Shown here: piece after piece, positions 20,504 through 28,661 of the stretch
Layout of the letters: each line of letters begins with the position of its first letter
Position numbering within the stretch: position 1 is the stretch's first letter
From: Bacilli bacterium
GTDB taxonomy: Bacteria > Bacillota_I > Bacilli_A > RFN20 > CAG-826
Length of the DNA stretch: 64,000 bases
Reading direction: 5' to 3'
Assembly (NCBI GenBank): GCA_045600585.1
Contig: JAZRYE010000003.1
Span: 772-64,771 of the forward strand
Made by a program: the position numbers and the translations under genes
The notes under the pieces: generated by a model
What the model was told of the DNA's origin: nothing
Databases searched by the model: none
The model's input: the letters and a program-made list of their open reading frames with translations, nothing else

Positions 20504-20879
20504 AATTCTTCAATTCGTCTATCGTGGACTCGATTTGGACGTCGACCCAGCCGTTGAAGTCGCCATAGGTTGTGGCTATGTATGACCTAAGATCATCGCC
20601 GATCTGGGATAGGACTATTCCCTTCGCCTGCGCGAATGCCACCGCCTGGGCTTCCTTGTCGAACTTGCCAGCCTTCTTCAAGGCGTCGACGTAGGTTTGG
20701 AACACGACCCTGACGGCGTTAGTCACGATGCCGGTCGCGAGGGTTAGGTACTCGGCGGCCTTCTCGTTTTTGGTCTTGGCCTTGATCAGTTTTATCAATT
20801 CGGTCCCTCCCCAGGTGATGAGAGGGATGATGACGCACGTGCATAACGCGCTGATTACGTTTAAGAGGATATCGTTCAT
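20502..20879 (-). CDS. Putative phage holin-like protein
   Basis: 125 aa. Single N-terminal TM (LLNVISALCTCVIIPLITWGG) then an amphipathic Ala/Lys-rich tail. Last gene of a leftward phage-like module. No endolysin follows. Confidence 0.4.
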   Translation of the reverse strand: MNDILLNVISALCTCVIIPLITWGGTELIKLIKAKTKNEKAAEYLTLATGIVTNAVRVVFQTYVDALKKAGKFDKEAQAVAFAQAKGIVLSQIGDDLRSYIATTYGDFNGWVDVQIESTIDELKN

Positions 20880-21649
20880 TTGCTTGCTCCTTGTACTTTA
20901 TGGATCGCTTTGTTCTTGATGTGGGCGTCTAGTTCGGTCTCCACCTTCACTACCCTTTCGGATAGCAATGCGTAGTTCTGCTCTAGCTTGTCTAGGGATT
21001 TCTCGATCCTGTCGATGCTGGATTTGATGTATCCGATGTCGGATAGGAGAACCCCTTCGTTCTTCCCTTCGCTCCTTCTGTCGTTCTTCTCGTTTGGATT
21101 GTAGACGTTGCCTTCGATCGTCAGCTTTATAGGGACCGACCTGGAGGATAGGTTCTCCACCTCCACCGTCCCGTTGAACGAGATGGCGTACGTGTAAGGG
21201 TAAGTGTATGGGTATATCTTCCCATCGTCGGTCCTCGTCACGTTGATGACCGCGCTTTTGTTGACCAGCCAAAGCGATAGGCATTCGAGCTCTACGTTGC
21301 TTCGCAGTATGCCTGCCTCGAGCTGCGTCTTGGAGCTGGACTTGACGTTCACGTAGCAGTACTTCGTGTCCTTTAGACTATAAAATAGTCTGAGCGATTT
21401 GCTCTTGGTCACGAATTCCCTCCACTTAGTGAACCCGTCATAGCCTTCGTAAAACACAAGAGCCATCGATATGGTCTTCTGCGGTATCGTCCTTTTTATT
21501 TCGACGAACCTCGCGTCGAACTCATGGTATTCGATGTCGAATTCGAACCCAAGGTTATCGAGTGACTCTATGTCTGTCTTGTTCCTCCCGTAGCCCGTCA
21601 GCATGAAGGTGTTCTCGTTTTCGTTCACTAAATAGAATTTGCGAATCAT
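20876..21649 (-). CDS. Phage-related hypothetical protein (tail/lysis-module neighbour)
   Basis: 257 aa, GC-rich. C-terminal coiled coil (IDRIEKSLDKLEQNYALLSERVVKVETEL) like XkdW/X-type proteins that precede holins. Overlaps the holin gene by 4 bp. Confidence 0.35.
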   Translation of the reverse strand: MIRKFYLVNENENTFMLTGYGRNKTDIESLDNLGFEFDIEYHEFDARFVEIKRTIPQKTISMALVFYEGYDGFTKWREFVTKSKSLRLFYSLKDTKYCYVNVKSSSKTQLEAGILRSNVELECLSLWLVNKSAVINVTRTDDGKIYPYTYPYTYAISFNGTVEVENLSSRSVPIKLTIEGNVYNPNEKNDRRSEGKNEGVLLSDIGYIKSSIDRIEKSLDKLEQNYALLSERVVKVETELDAHIKNKAIHKVQGASK

Positions 21650-21713
21650 TAATAGGCACCTCCTAATGCGGCGTTAATCGAATCAATGTCGACATCGCCG
21701 TTCGTGTTGATGG

Positions 21714-22058
21714 TCACGTTGTTCGTGGTTTGAGAGTTATCTCGTCGATCGTCCCGTTCTCGAATAGGGTCTTAGCGTATTCGCATGACTCCTTCTCGCT
21801 CCAACCGAGCGACTTCTTGTAGTATTCGATGAGCATGTTTATGCCCTCTATGCTCGTTTGGGTCTTTTCAGAAAGCTCGAACACCTTGTTTCTTTCCTCG
21901 GGCAACAGCTCATATTTATCTGTTTCGGGGATGATTGCGCATCCTCCCCAGGTCCCGTGCATCTGGCCGATGTCGTCGACGAAGATGACCTTGCCGATCT
22001 TGCCTTCGTACTGAGGCTCCCCTTCCATGGATATGATTCTGACGTATCTTCCGACCAT
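21714..22058 (-). CDS. Phage-related hypothetical protein (about 114 aa)
   Basis: GGGAGG RBS 8 nt upstream of the MVGRYVRI start. No motif recognised. Confidence 0.35.
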   Translation of the reverse strand: MVGRYVRIISMEGEPQYEGKIGKVIFVDDIGQMHGTWGGCAIIPETDKYELLPEERNKVFELSEKTQTSIEGINMLIEYYKKSLGWSEKESCEYAKTLFENGTIDEITLKPRTT

Positions 22059-22105
22059 CCTCATTCCTCCCATGGCTAGGTCGAAAGGCCATACGACGTC
22101 TCTTT

Positions 22106-22160
22106 CCCCTAATACTAAGTATTATCTATTCTTGGAATTAAGTAACTTGAATTATTTCTT
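22106..22160 (-). promoter_or_regulatory. Repeat-element copy A (TAATACTAAGTATTA palindrome + conserved TTAAGTAAC...ATTATTTC arm)
   Basis: One of four copies of a ~55-65-bp conserved element, all in the same orientation. The palindrome is at 22110-22124, about 35 bp upstream of the 114-aa gene. Confidence 0.5.
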
Positions 22161-22262
22161 CTTCATATTAGGCGCGTTTCGCCAGGCACCAGAAAGGAAT
22201 CCGGGATAAGCCGTCTCAGAAGCCTTCCCGATGCCCGGCGGACGAAATCACGCCCAATGCCG

Positions 22263-22658
22263 TCAGGCGTCTATATGCGTCTGTTTTCCATCGTAATGGG
22301 CATTGATCCTCTCCCTGCACCACTCGAGGTTCGCGTCGTCGCACATCCTGGCGTATTCCTCCATCAGATGGTAGAGGGTGAGCATGTTGGCGTTCTCCTT
22401 TGCCCTCTCGAACCATTCGTGGCCCTTCTTGGGGTTCCTCTTCACCACCGCTCCGTGGAAATAGATGACTCCCAGGTCGAAGGCCATTATCGGCGTCGCG
22501 AGCTCATCGCCTGCGATCTCCTCTAGTCTATTGAGGGTTCCCTTTCCGCCCTTCCCTTCGTAAAGGGACAGTATGAGGTCGTAGAACTCGTGGGTGAGCT
22601 TCAGCTTCCTCATGTCTTCTTCGCTTAGGTGGAATGGCATCGTTGCTTTCTCGTCCAT
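22263..22658 (-). CDS. Sel1-like/TPR repeat protein (131 aa)
   Basis: Real start MDEKAT with an AGGAGG RBS; the longer ORF-track N-terminus is spurious. Sel1-like repeat (GHEWFERAKENANM...). Confidence 0.5.
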   Translation of the reverse strand: MDEKATMPFHLSEEDMRKLKLTHEFYDLILSLYEGKGGKGTLNRLEEIAGDELATPIMAFDLGVIYFHGAVVKRNPKKGHEWFERAKENANMLTLYHLMEEYARMCDDANLEWCRERINAHYDGKQTHIDA

Positions 22659-22674
22659 AGTCGGTTCCTCCTTT

Positions 22675-22688
22675 CGTGTATATACACG
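22675..22688. promoter_or_regulatory. Perfect 14-bp palindrome CGTGTATATACACG between the Sel1 paralogs
   Basis: Seen in sequence. No loop, so it is not terminator-like. Candidate operator. Confidence 0.3.
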
Positions 22689-22720
22689 CTCTAAAGGAAA
22701 GGAAAGTCCAGATGCATGTG

Positions 22721-23164
22721 CTAAGCCTGCGGATATTCCCTTACGAATGGGTGCTCTTCCATCTCCTTGAGCATCCTTGCGGCGAGCTTGCTCCCATGCC
22801 ATTTCGCTCTTCTTAAACAAGAGATGGATTCCTCCTCGTCCTCCAATGAGGCATAGATGTAAGAAAGCCGCAGGCAAGCGATGTGGTTGCCGTGCTTCTT
22901 TGCCTTCTGGAACCACTCCTCCGCGATCATCCTGTTCGGCTTGGTGCAGATGCCGTTTAGGTAGCATTCCCCGATGATTATCTCGTAAAGCGGAGCCGTG
23001 TAGATGGATCTTGCTATCTGAAGCATCCTGCCAAATTCATCTGATGTTCCTTTCCCAGACATGACTTTCTTAGCCAATCCGTCGAACTCCTCCATCAGCC
23101 TGAAGAGCTCTTTCTGGTAGGCTTTGGACCCTACCCTGTGTGCCTTTATTTCTGTCGTTTTCAT
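22721..23164 (-). CDS. Sel1-like repeat protein (147 aa), paralog of 22263..22658
   Basis: AGGAGG RBS. Sel1 motif (AEEWFQKAKKHGNHIACLRLSYIY). Shares architecture with the adjacent 131-aa gene. Confidence 0.55.
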   Translation of the reverse strand: MKTTEIKAHRVGSKAYQKELFRLMEEFDGLAKKVMSGKGTSDEFGRMLQIARSIYTAPLYEIIIGECYLNGICTKPNRMIAEEWFQKAKKHGNHIACLRLSYIYASLEDEEESISCLRRAKWHGSKLAARMLKEMEEHPFVREYPQA

Positions 23165-23188
23165 AAAAGGTCCTCCTACTATATATAA

Positions 23189-23207
23189 GGAGATACTATG
23201 TATCTCC
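23189..23207. promoter_or_regulatory. Palindrome GGAGATAC-TAT-GTATCTCC (repeat-family copy E)
   Basis: Perfect 8-bp arms around TAT. Shares the ATACTATGTAT core with copies B and D. Sits 25 bp upstream of the Sel1 gene start, at a GC-composition junction. Confidence 0.45.
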
Positions 23208-23364
23208 GTAGTGCCATTTTCCGATTTTTTACCAAAGAATTTTTCTATAAACTTTTTAATTATCTTTGATAATTACTTTTACTATAAATTTTTGAGATTG
23301 TGTCTGAGACGCAGTATCCGGCGGTACAATACGACATCTTTTTCCAAACAAAAAAGCGGCCAGA

Positions 23365-23381
23365 ATGACCGCTACGAATAT
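23365..23381 (-). terminator. Terminator downstream of the 75-aa gene
   Basis: AGCGG-N7-CCGCT hairpin followed on the minus strand by TTTTTTGTTTGG. Confidence 0.4.
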
Positions 23382-23389
23382 TGATGTGA

Positions 23390-23617
23390 TTAGTATTCGC
23401 CTCTGCAATATGCAGCCAATTCTTCATCACTCATTTCATTTGGATCGCCTAAAATAGAACCGGTAATTTCTCTTTTTCGATTATTGAGTGCATCAATTAT
23501 GCGGCTATATTCAGAACCAATGAGTCTCGATGAATCAATACCGAACCCAATGCTGTTTAATTCTCTAACATCATCGCAGTTCTTAATTTGTTCCAAAAGA
23601 TCCCAGTAATAGCTCAT
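23390..23617 (-). CDS. Hypothetical protein (75 aa)
   Basis: AGGAGG RBS at correct spacing. Acidic. No motif recognised. Confidence 0.4.
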   Translation of the reverse strand: MSYYWDLLEQIKNCDDVRELNSIGFGIDSSRLIGSEYSRIIDALNNRKREITGSILGDPNEMSDEELAAYCRGEY

Positions 23618-23749
23618 TCCAATTATCCTCCTATGCGCTTATAGTCTTTCTCAATAATCGATTTGTTAAATGGATAATCATTTGAGAAAAAGCATGACAA
23701 TTCTTAGGCAAAAGAAAAGCACCTCTTTTCATTTAAGAGATGCGATTTT

Positions 23750-23808
23750 CCTTTAATACTATGTATTAACCCTATTAAGAAATCAAATAACAGGGATTAT
23801 TTCAGGTT
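23750..23808 (-). promoter_or_regulatory. Repeat-element copy B (TAATACTATGTATTA)
   Basis: Palindrome at 23754-23768 plus the conserved downstream arm (…ATTATTTCAGGTT). Lies between the lipoprotein gene stop and the 75-aa gene. Confidence 0.5.
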
Positions 23809-23821
23809 AATACAGGGCATT

Positions 23822-24064
23822 CTAAATCCAAGGCAAATCGGTGTAGCTCGACGATGTCGATTCCGAATCTTCGGATGAATCATTGGATTCCTGCCCGATG
23901 CCGCTTTCCTCAAATGACGACTCGCGTTCCTCAGAATCCATGCTATCTGATGTATCAAAATCCGAATTCTTAATCGCGGTATCGCCTTGCTTGCAACCGT
24001 ATCCGCACGATGTCAACACCACCGTCAATAAGCAAATGAATATCTTTGAATATCTATTTTTCAT
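23822..24064 (-). CDS. Small acidic Ser/Asp/Glu-rich lipoprotein
   Basis: Likely start MKNRYSKIFICLLTVVLTSCG (lipobox LTSC). The mature part is highly acidic (DSMDSEERESSFEESGIGQESNDSSEDSES). Confidence 0.4.
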   Translation of the reverse strand: MKNRYSKIFICLLTVVLTSCGYGCKQGDTAIKNSDFDTSDSMDSEERESSFEESGIGQESNDSSEDSESTSSSYTDLPWI

Positions 24065-24126
24065 GTCCATGAATAGCAAAAAGCGATAACCCTTTATTGG
24101 AATTATCGCTTCTATAAACCTCAATT

Positions 24127-24270
24127 AATTGTTGTACCAGTTGTCGTAATCTTTGTCCCAGATTCCGTCCATATCGAATTCTTGGGTTCCGCTAGTGGCG
24201 ATTACGTCATGACTTTCGACGGCGATGATCTCAATTGAAGGCAATTTGAATTGTTTCTTTTCTTCCATGG
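24127..24270 (-). CDS. Small ORF (47 aa) with strong RBS
   Basis: GGAGGAACGACC ATG. Peptide MEEKKQFKLPSIEIIAVESHDVIATSGTQEFDMDGIWDKDYDNWYNN. Sits between the 699-aa secreted protein gene and the acidic lipoprotein gene. Confidence 0.35.
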
Positions 24271-24282
24271 TCGTTCCTCCGA

Positions 24283-26382
24283 TTAATCAATGTATCCTAA
24301 GGTTGTTAAGTAGTCGTATAACGGCTCGACGAGTTCGGATATTCCATCCATCTCGTGATAGGTTTTAACCAAATCTACAACACTTGATTCTTTTGTCTTA
24401 GTTGAATAGAACGTCTTTCCACCGGAAACAGCATAAGCTCTAATTGTGAATGTTTCAGTCAATCTTGCAGGATTTGCGAATACATCGCCCAATCCGATAA
24501 CGATATATTGTTTGTTGGTGCTCTCGTCAACATATGTATTAGCGTTGTATTGGTATGCCTTTGTTCTGGAACCAGTTGCCACTTCAATGCCGTAAGATGT
24601 TGGCGAATAAGCGGAGGCAAACTCATCCATGTTGTCCGTAGCCATTCTTAATCTGAAGTCAACATCCTCAATACCGCCAGCACCATATTCGATAACAAAT
24701 GAAGCGATATATTTAATTGTTGTGGATGATGTTAAAATTGCAGAGCCATCTTTCAATTCTACGCTGATTCCATTTATTTCCTCGCCAGAATCTTTATATG
24801 CTGTTACTGAGAATACCGATGTACCAGCTCCAGAGGAAATTGTTAAAGATGCACCTTTATACAATCTGAAGTCATCTTGCTTTAGCCACCAGGCTGTGCT
24901 TGTTCCACTATTCCAGGAAAAATCGATACCGGAATCATTAGCAAACGCATCATTCAAGCTCTTCGCGGTGTTGTTTGCCACAGAGTAGTTTTCATCTGTA
25001 ATTTCACCCATCGACACTTCCGTTTCATGGTTCTCTCTAGTATCTGTGTATCTATAAGAAAGGGACATCCAGGAATTAATGAGGTCTAGATCGTTTTGTA
25101 AAGAAACATCAGCCTCGCTATTCCAAACGGCTGTGAGAATCATGCTTTCGGAAACTTGATCTGCACCAAAATCCCACAAAGTTCCATTTTCTGTTTCCCA
25201 TCCAACAAAGGAATATCCTGTTTTTGTTGGTTCAGAAGGCTCGGCAAGATAACTTCCTTCAAGAACCTCAACATCGTCTCCGTATTGAGAACCATCATTC
25301 TCGTACATAACGGTATAAAATTCCTTGCAAACAGCGCCAGAAGCGAATTGAGGAGTGTCGCCTTTATAGTTAACGAGATAACCATCGATTTGGATTTTAG
25401 CGCCTTCAGCAATTTCATGTGTTGCAGCAGCCCTGTAACAGCTGATAATATCAGCTTCATCATCAATTAAATCGAATGAAAAATTTCCGTATTGTTCAGA
25501 ATATGGGGTTGTCACTTCACCAACTTCACCGATAACCTTATATCTATATGGAGAATTGCTAGTCCCAGTTAATTCACAAACGTCCAAAGCAACAGCAGCT
25601 GAAACAGGGTCAATATTACTTGGATAAACTTTGATTGTGATTTCGTTAGATGTCTCACCCGCTGAATTTGTAGCTGCTATTGTGACTGCACCATATTTTG
25701 TTGCGGTAAACTTGTTATCAACAACTGAACCAAACCCATCTGTAACATACCAGGACAAACCATCAATTGATCCTGATGCCGTCAAATTGACAGTTTCACC
25801 AAGCATAACAACATTGGTGTCTACCGAAATTTCAAGATCATTGTCATCTGTTGCCACGGTGTAGAAAACCAAATTTCTAGCACTTCCGTCATAGTTTGTA
25901 GCGGTATCGGAATTGTAATTTCTCCAATCAGCAGCATTATAGACACCAAGATATCTATTGTTAGCATTCTTTAATGAATTATTTTCCGTATAAGTCCAAG
26001 TTTGCTTTGTTGAACTAACCCTAGTTCCGTTATTAGCTGTTGTGCCATTCAAATAATCGCCATTATCATTTTGAATATAATAAGAAGAGCCGCTTTGAGT
26101 CACCGTCCACAAATTAGACGCATCAATGCTTGAAACATCTGTGAATTCGTGAGCAACAGGACATGCACTTGTCGAAGCTTCGGTTCCTAAATAATAGGTT
26201 TTGTTCTTGTAAGTTGTTGTAATAAGCAATTTGCCAACACCAAAATCACATTCCTGATAATCAGCGCCCTCAGCTTTAACAATTTGAGGATTTTTAAGCT
26301 CAAAAAAACGACTGCCAGTGTATCCTATGGCACCGAAAGCCATGAACGCTGCAGCAGTCACAAGTAATAATTTTTTCTTCAT
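24283..26382 (-). CDS. Secreted 699-aa surface protein with Listeria-Bacteroides (flg_new) repeat domain
   Basis: N-terminal signal/TM. A YSFVGWETENGTLWDFGADQVSESMILTAVW segment matches the GYtFxGW...LyAkW repeat. The rest is beta-rich, Thr/Ser/Asn-rich. Confidence 0.55.
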   Translation of the reverse strand: MKKKLLLVTAAAFMAFGAIGYTGSRFFELKNPQIVKAEGADYQECDFGVGKLLITTTYKNKTYYLGTEASTSACPVAHEFTDVSSIDASNLWTVTQSGSSYYIQNDNGDYLNGTTANNGTRVSSTKQTWTYTENNSLKNANNRYLGVYNAADWRNYNSDTATNYDGSARNLVFYTVATDDNDLEISVDTNVVMLGETVNLTASGSIDGLSWYVTDGFGSVVDNKFTATKYGAVTIAATNSAGETSNEITIKVYPSNIDPVSAAVALDVCELTGTSNSPYRYKVIGEVGEVTTPYSEQYGNFSFDLIDDEADIISCYRAAATHEIAEGAKIQIDGYLVNYKGDTPQFASGAVCKEFYTVMYENDGSQYGDDVEVLEGSYLAEPSEPTKTGYSFVGWETENGTLWDFGADQVSESMILTAVWNSEADVSLQNDLDLINSWMSLSYRYTDTRENHETEVSMGEITDENYSVANNTAKSLNDAFANDSGIDFSWNSGTSTAWWLKQDDFRLYKGASLTISSGAGTSVFSVTAYKDSGEEINGISVELKDGSAILTSSTTIKYIASFVIEYGAGGIEDVDFRLRMATDNMDEFASAYSPTSYGIEVATGSRTKAYQYNANTYVDESTNKQYIVIGLGDVFANPARLTETFTIRAYAVSGGKTFYSTKTKESSVVDLVKTYHEMDGISELVEPLYDYLTTLGYID

Positions 26383-26597
26383 AAATTACCCCTTTCGATA
26401 AAAACAGGCAGTAATCTATTGTCGCTTTGTTAATCGACTAGCATAGTGCGGACTTCTGGGCGCCGCGTAGAGACTCATCAACCTCTGTTACTGATGGATA
26501 TACGCCTGTACAACCACAATATACGCGCATTTTCGTTGCTGCACAAAACATTTTTTATAATTTGTTTCGATAGAATCCGCATTTTTTGACAATTGAG

Positions 26598-26637
26598 ACA
26601 TCAAAAAAATCTAGAGTGGGCCACGCTTTTTTGATGT
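26598..26637 (-). terminator. Nested inverted repeat / terminator downstream of the zinc-ribbon gene
   Basis: Outer arms ACATCAAAAAA / TTTTTTGATGT enclose the inner palindrome GTGGGCCAC. A T-run follows on the minus strand. Confidence 0.4.
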
Positions 26638-26660
26638 TTTGTGTCCCATCTAGATCGTTT

Positions 26661-27638
26661 TCATTTTTTTGTTTCTGTAACACGTCTGCGACCGTACTTA
26701 GGCCTCTTGAAGCAGACAGGGCATTTCATCATGCCCCTCGATCTCGTCCTTATCTCGCATGACCATTCCGCACCGCACGTTGGGCATTTCCAGAAAGCGA
26801 TCTTCATGCTTCCTGATCTTAGCTTTTCAGGATATAAGCCGATGGCGGCGTTCTTCTCGAAGTCCCACTCCCCCATCAGCTCCGGATGCTCGGTCCTGAA
26901 ATCGTTCATGCCGGTGAGTGTCTTGGTGTTCTTCTTCGAGCAATATGGGCAATTTACGCCTTTCTTCCTCTTTGACATCGTGCACAGGAAGCTATGGCCT
27001 TTCCTGCATGTCCACCACCTTGGGATATGGACGTCCTTGTTGTAAGGGACCTCGGATGCCTTCATTCCGTTTTTGACCGCATCGAATTCCCTGGCCAGCT
27101 TCTTATTTACGTCGGCCAGCGTGAATATTGGCCTAGGCGGCTTTTTCACTTGAATAGCCCTCTGCCCTTTGGCTGCGCGCCTTTTCGCGGTCTCCGCCTT
27201 CTGGGCCTCCATCTTGCATTTCCAGCATGTTAGATGCGTGACGAACTCCTTCGGCATCTCCCTGAGCTCATGGCCGTGCTTGCACCTGAAATAGAACCTC
27301 TGCGTCGAATTTGCGAGGACATGGGACGCGTCGATCCCGTTCTTCTCCTCGTCGAACATCTCCGCCATCTCAGGCGAAACGGTCTTTATGTCGTTGTAGC
27401 CAGGCCACACCTTCTTGTTGAGGCAATACGGGCATTCGCTGACATGTCCGTTCTTGACCCTGTTGCAGACCTGGACCCTCCAGGTATGCCCGTTCTTGCA
27501 TCTCCACCACACGTATCTGGAGCTGCCCAAAGTCAGAGTATCCAAGTCGATATCCTTATTTAATGCGCGATCAAATTCGTCGAGAAGCCTTTCGTTGTGG
27601 CTCTCTATGCACCAGTCCTTGAATAGAATCTTATCCAT
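26661..27638 (-). CDS. Multi-zinc-ribbon (treble-clef, DUF4379-like) protein
   Basis: 325 aa, GC-rich. At least four repeats of W/F-x-C-K/R-x-G-H-x-W/F ... CPYC/CWKC/CPVC modules. Confidence 0.55.
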   Translation of the reverse strand: MDKILFKDWCIESHNERLLDEFDRALNKDIDLDTLTLGSSRYVWWRCKNGHTWRVQVCNRVKNGHVSECPYCLNKKVWPGYNDIKTVSPEMAEMFDEEKNGIDASHVLANSTQRFYFRCKHGHELREMPKEFVTHLTCWKCKMEAQKAETAKRRAAKGQRAIQVKKPPRPIFTLADVNKKLAREFDAVKNGMKASEVPYNKDVHIPRWWTCRKGHSFLCTMSKRKKGVNCPYCSKKNTKTLTGMNDFRTEHPELMGEWDFEKNAAIGLYPEKLRSGSMKIAFWKCPTCGAEWSCEIRTRSRGMMKCPVCFKRPKYGRRRVTETKK

Positions 27639-27720
27639 ATGTCTATTATAGGATTTTTGCGTTTTCGGAGTACAAGCGTTTTTTTAAAACTTATCCGGAG
27701 CCTTTGCCTTCCAAAATAAA

Positions 27721-27744
27721 AGACCAGATTTTGTCTTCTGGTCT
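27721..27744 (-). terminator. Terminator of the defence operon
   Basis: AGACCAGA-N8-TCTGGTCT hairpin followed on the minus strand by TTTTATTTTGG. Confidence 0.5.
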
Positions 27745-27808
27745 TTAATACATAGTATTAATTATCTCTTGAACTTAAATAACTACTATTATTTCAGGTT
27801 TATTTGTC
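27745..27808 (-). promoter_or_regulatory. Repeat-element copy C (TAATACATAGTATTA)
   Basis: Palindrome at 27746-27760 plus the conserved arm (CTTGAACTTAAATAACT...ATTATTTCAGGTT). Lies between the GIY-YIG gene stop and the operon terminator. Confidence 0.5.
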
Positions 27809-28645
27809 GTTTGTAGAATCAATATCCTTTAGTTTGATTCCATCTTTATTTTCCCACTTATCATTTCCGCTTGAAGGTGTTCCTAAAACAATCGAAGCTG
27901 CTGCTGACGGGGATTTGAACTCGTAGTTTTTAGTAAACTTGTGATCGACAATTGTTCCATCGCTTTCCAGCAACTTGCGAAGAACAGGCCAACCTGGGAC
28001 GTTGGTTTCAAAAGAAGGCGTCGTGTCTTCAGATGTAATTGATCCCTTTGTGACCGTGAATCCGTTATCTGATGGGTAACCAGATGCATTAGCCTTACGT
28101 CCTTTGCAAAAAAGAAGTTTTGACTCATCAACGCTATTAGTTTTTTCTTCAAGAAAAGTGTATCCCAATGCCTTTAGAATCAACTTCATGTTTTCAATGA
28201 ATACATCGAGCATTGCTAATTCAGATTTCTTTAAGGAGAAGTTCTTATCGACTGATTTTGTGTGAAGAACAATGTCTCCATTTTTCTTCATTACGTTATA
28301 CGAATAACTTTCGATGTATTTTGCGTATGTTTCATTAAATTTTGAGTTACCAAAACAGATAGCCGTAGCCCAGTAAAAATCTTCTTTTCTCTTTTTTGAG
28401 TTATAGTCGCTTATATGAACGAGCAATCTGTCTTTAATGTTTTTAGATTCTCCGACATAAACGCCACCATCTTCGCAAAGCAAAAAATACACTCCGCACC
28501 AAGATATTTCGGGAATATCCGAATCTTTTATTTTAATACGAGGGATGCGTATCGTTTTAGTATCCCAGTTTGAAAGATCTAACGTGAGGATTCCGTCAGC
28601 TTCACCGTCTTCGAGAAACAACTCTATAGTTTTTCCGTGAGCCAT
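27800..28645 (-). CDS. GIY-YIG nuclease-domain protein with C-terminal DUF4357
   Basis: GIY-YIG core (GVYFLL...GVYVGESKNIKDRLLVH) and a C-terminal SPSAAASIVLG...W segment typical of DUF4357. Confidence 0.65.
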   Translation of the reverse strand: MAHGKTIELFLEDGEADGILTLDLSNWDTKTIRIPRIKIKDSDIPEISWCGVYFLLCEDGGVYVGESKNIKDRLLVHISDYNSKKRKEDFYWATAICFGNSKFNETYAKYIESYSYNVMKKNGDIVLHTKSVDKNFSLKKSELAMLDVFIENMKLILKALGYTFLEEKTNSVDESKLLFCKGRKANASGYPSDNGFTVTKGSITSEDTTPSFETNVPGWPVLRKLLESDGTIVDHKFTKNYEFKSPSAAASIVLGTPSSGNDKWENKDGIKLKDIDSTNDK

Positions 28646-28661
28646 AAATATTCCTCATTTA

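Noticed and set aside
20898-21284. 128-aa Arg-rich ORF nested inside the 257-aa phage gene
   Set aside because: Alternative frame of a GC-rich coding region (RRERRG-type composition). No independent start signals.
22263-22967. Long 234-aa version of the Sel1 ORF
   Set aside because: The first 103 codons (MLPKRHLHQAEQ...) are Arg/Gly-rich shadow sequence overlapping the neighbouring Sel1 gene. An AGGAGG-preceded internal Met (MDEKAT, 22658) is the plausible start.
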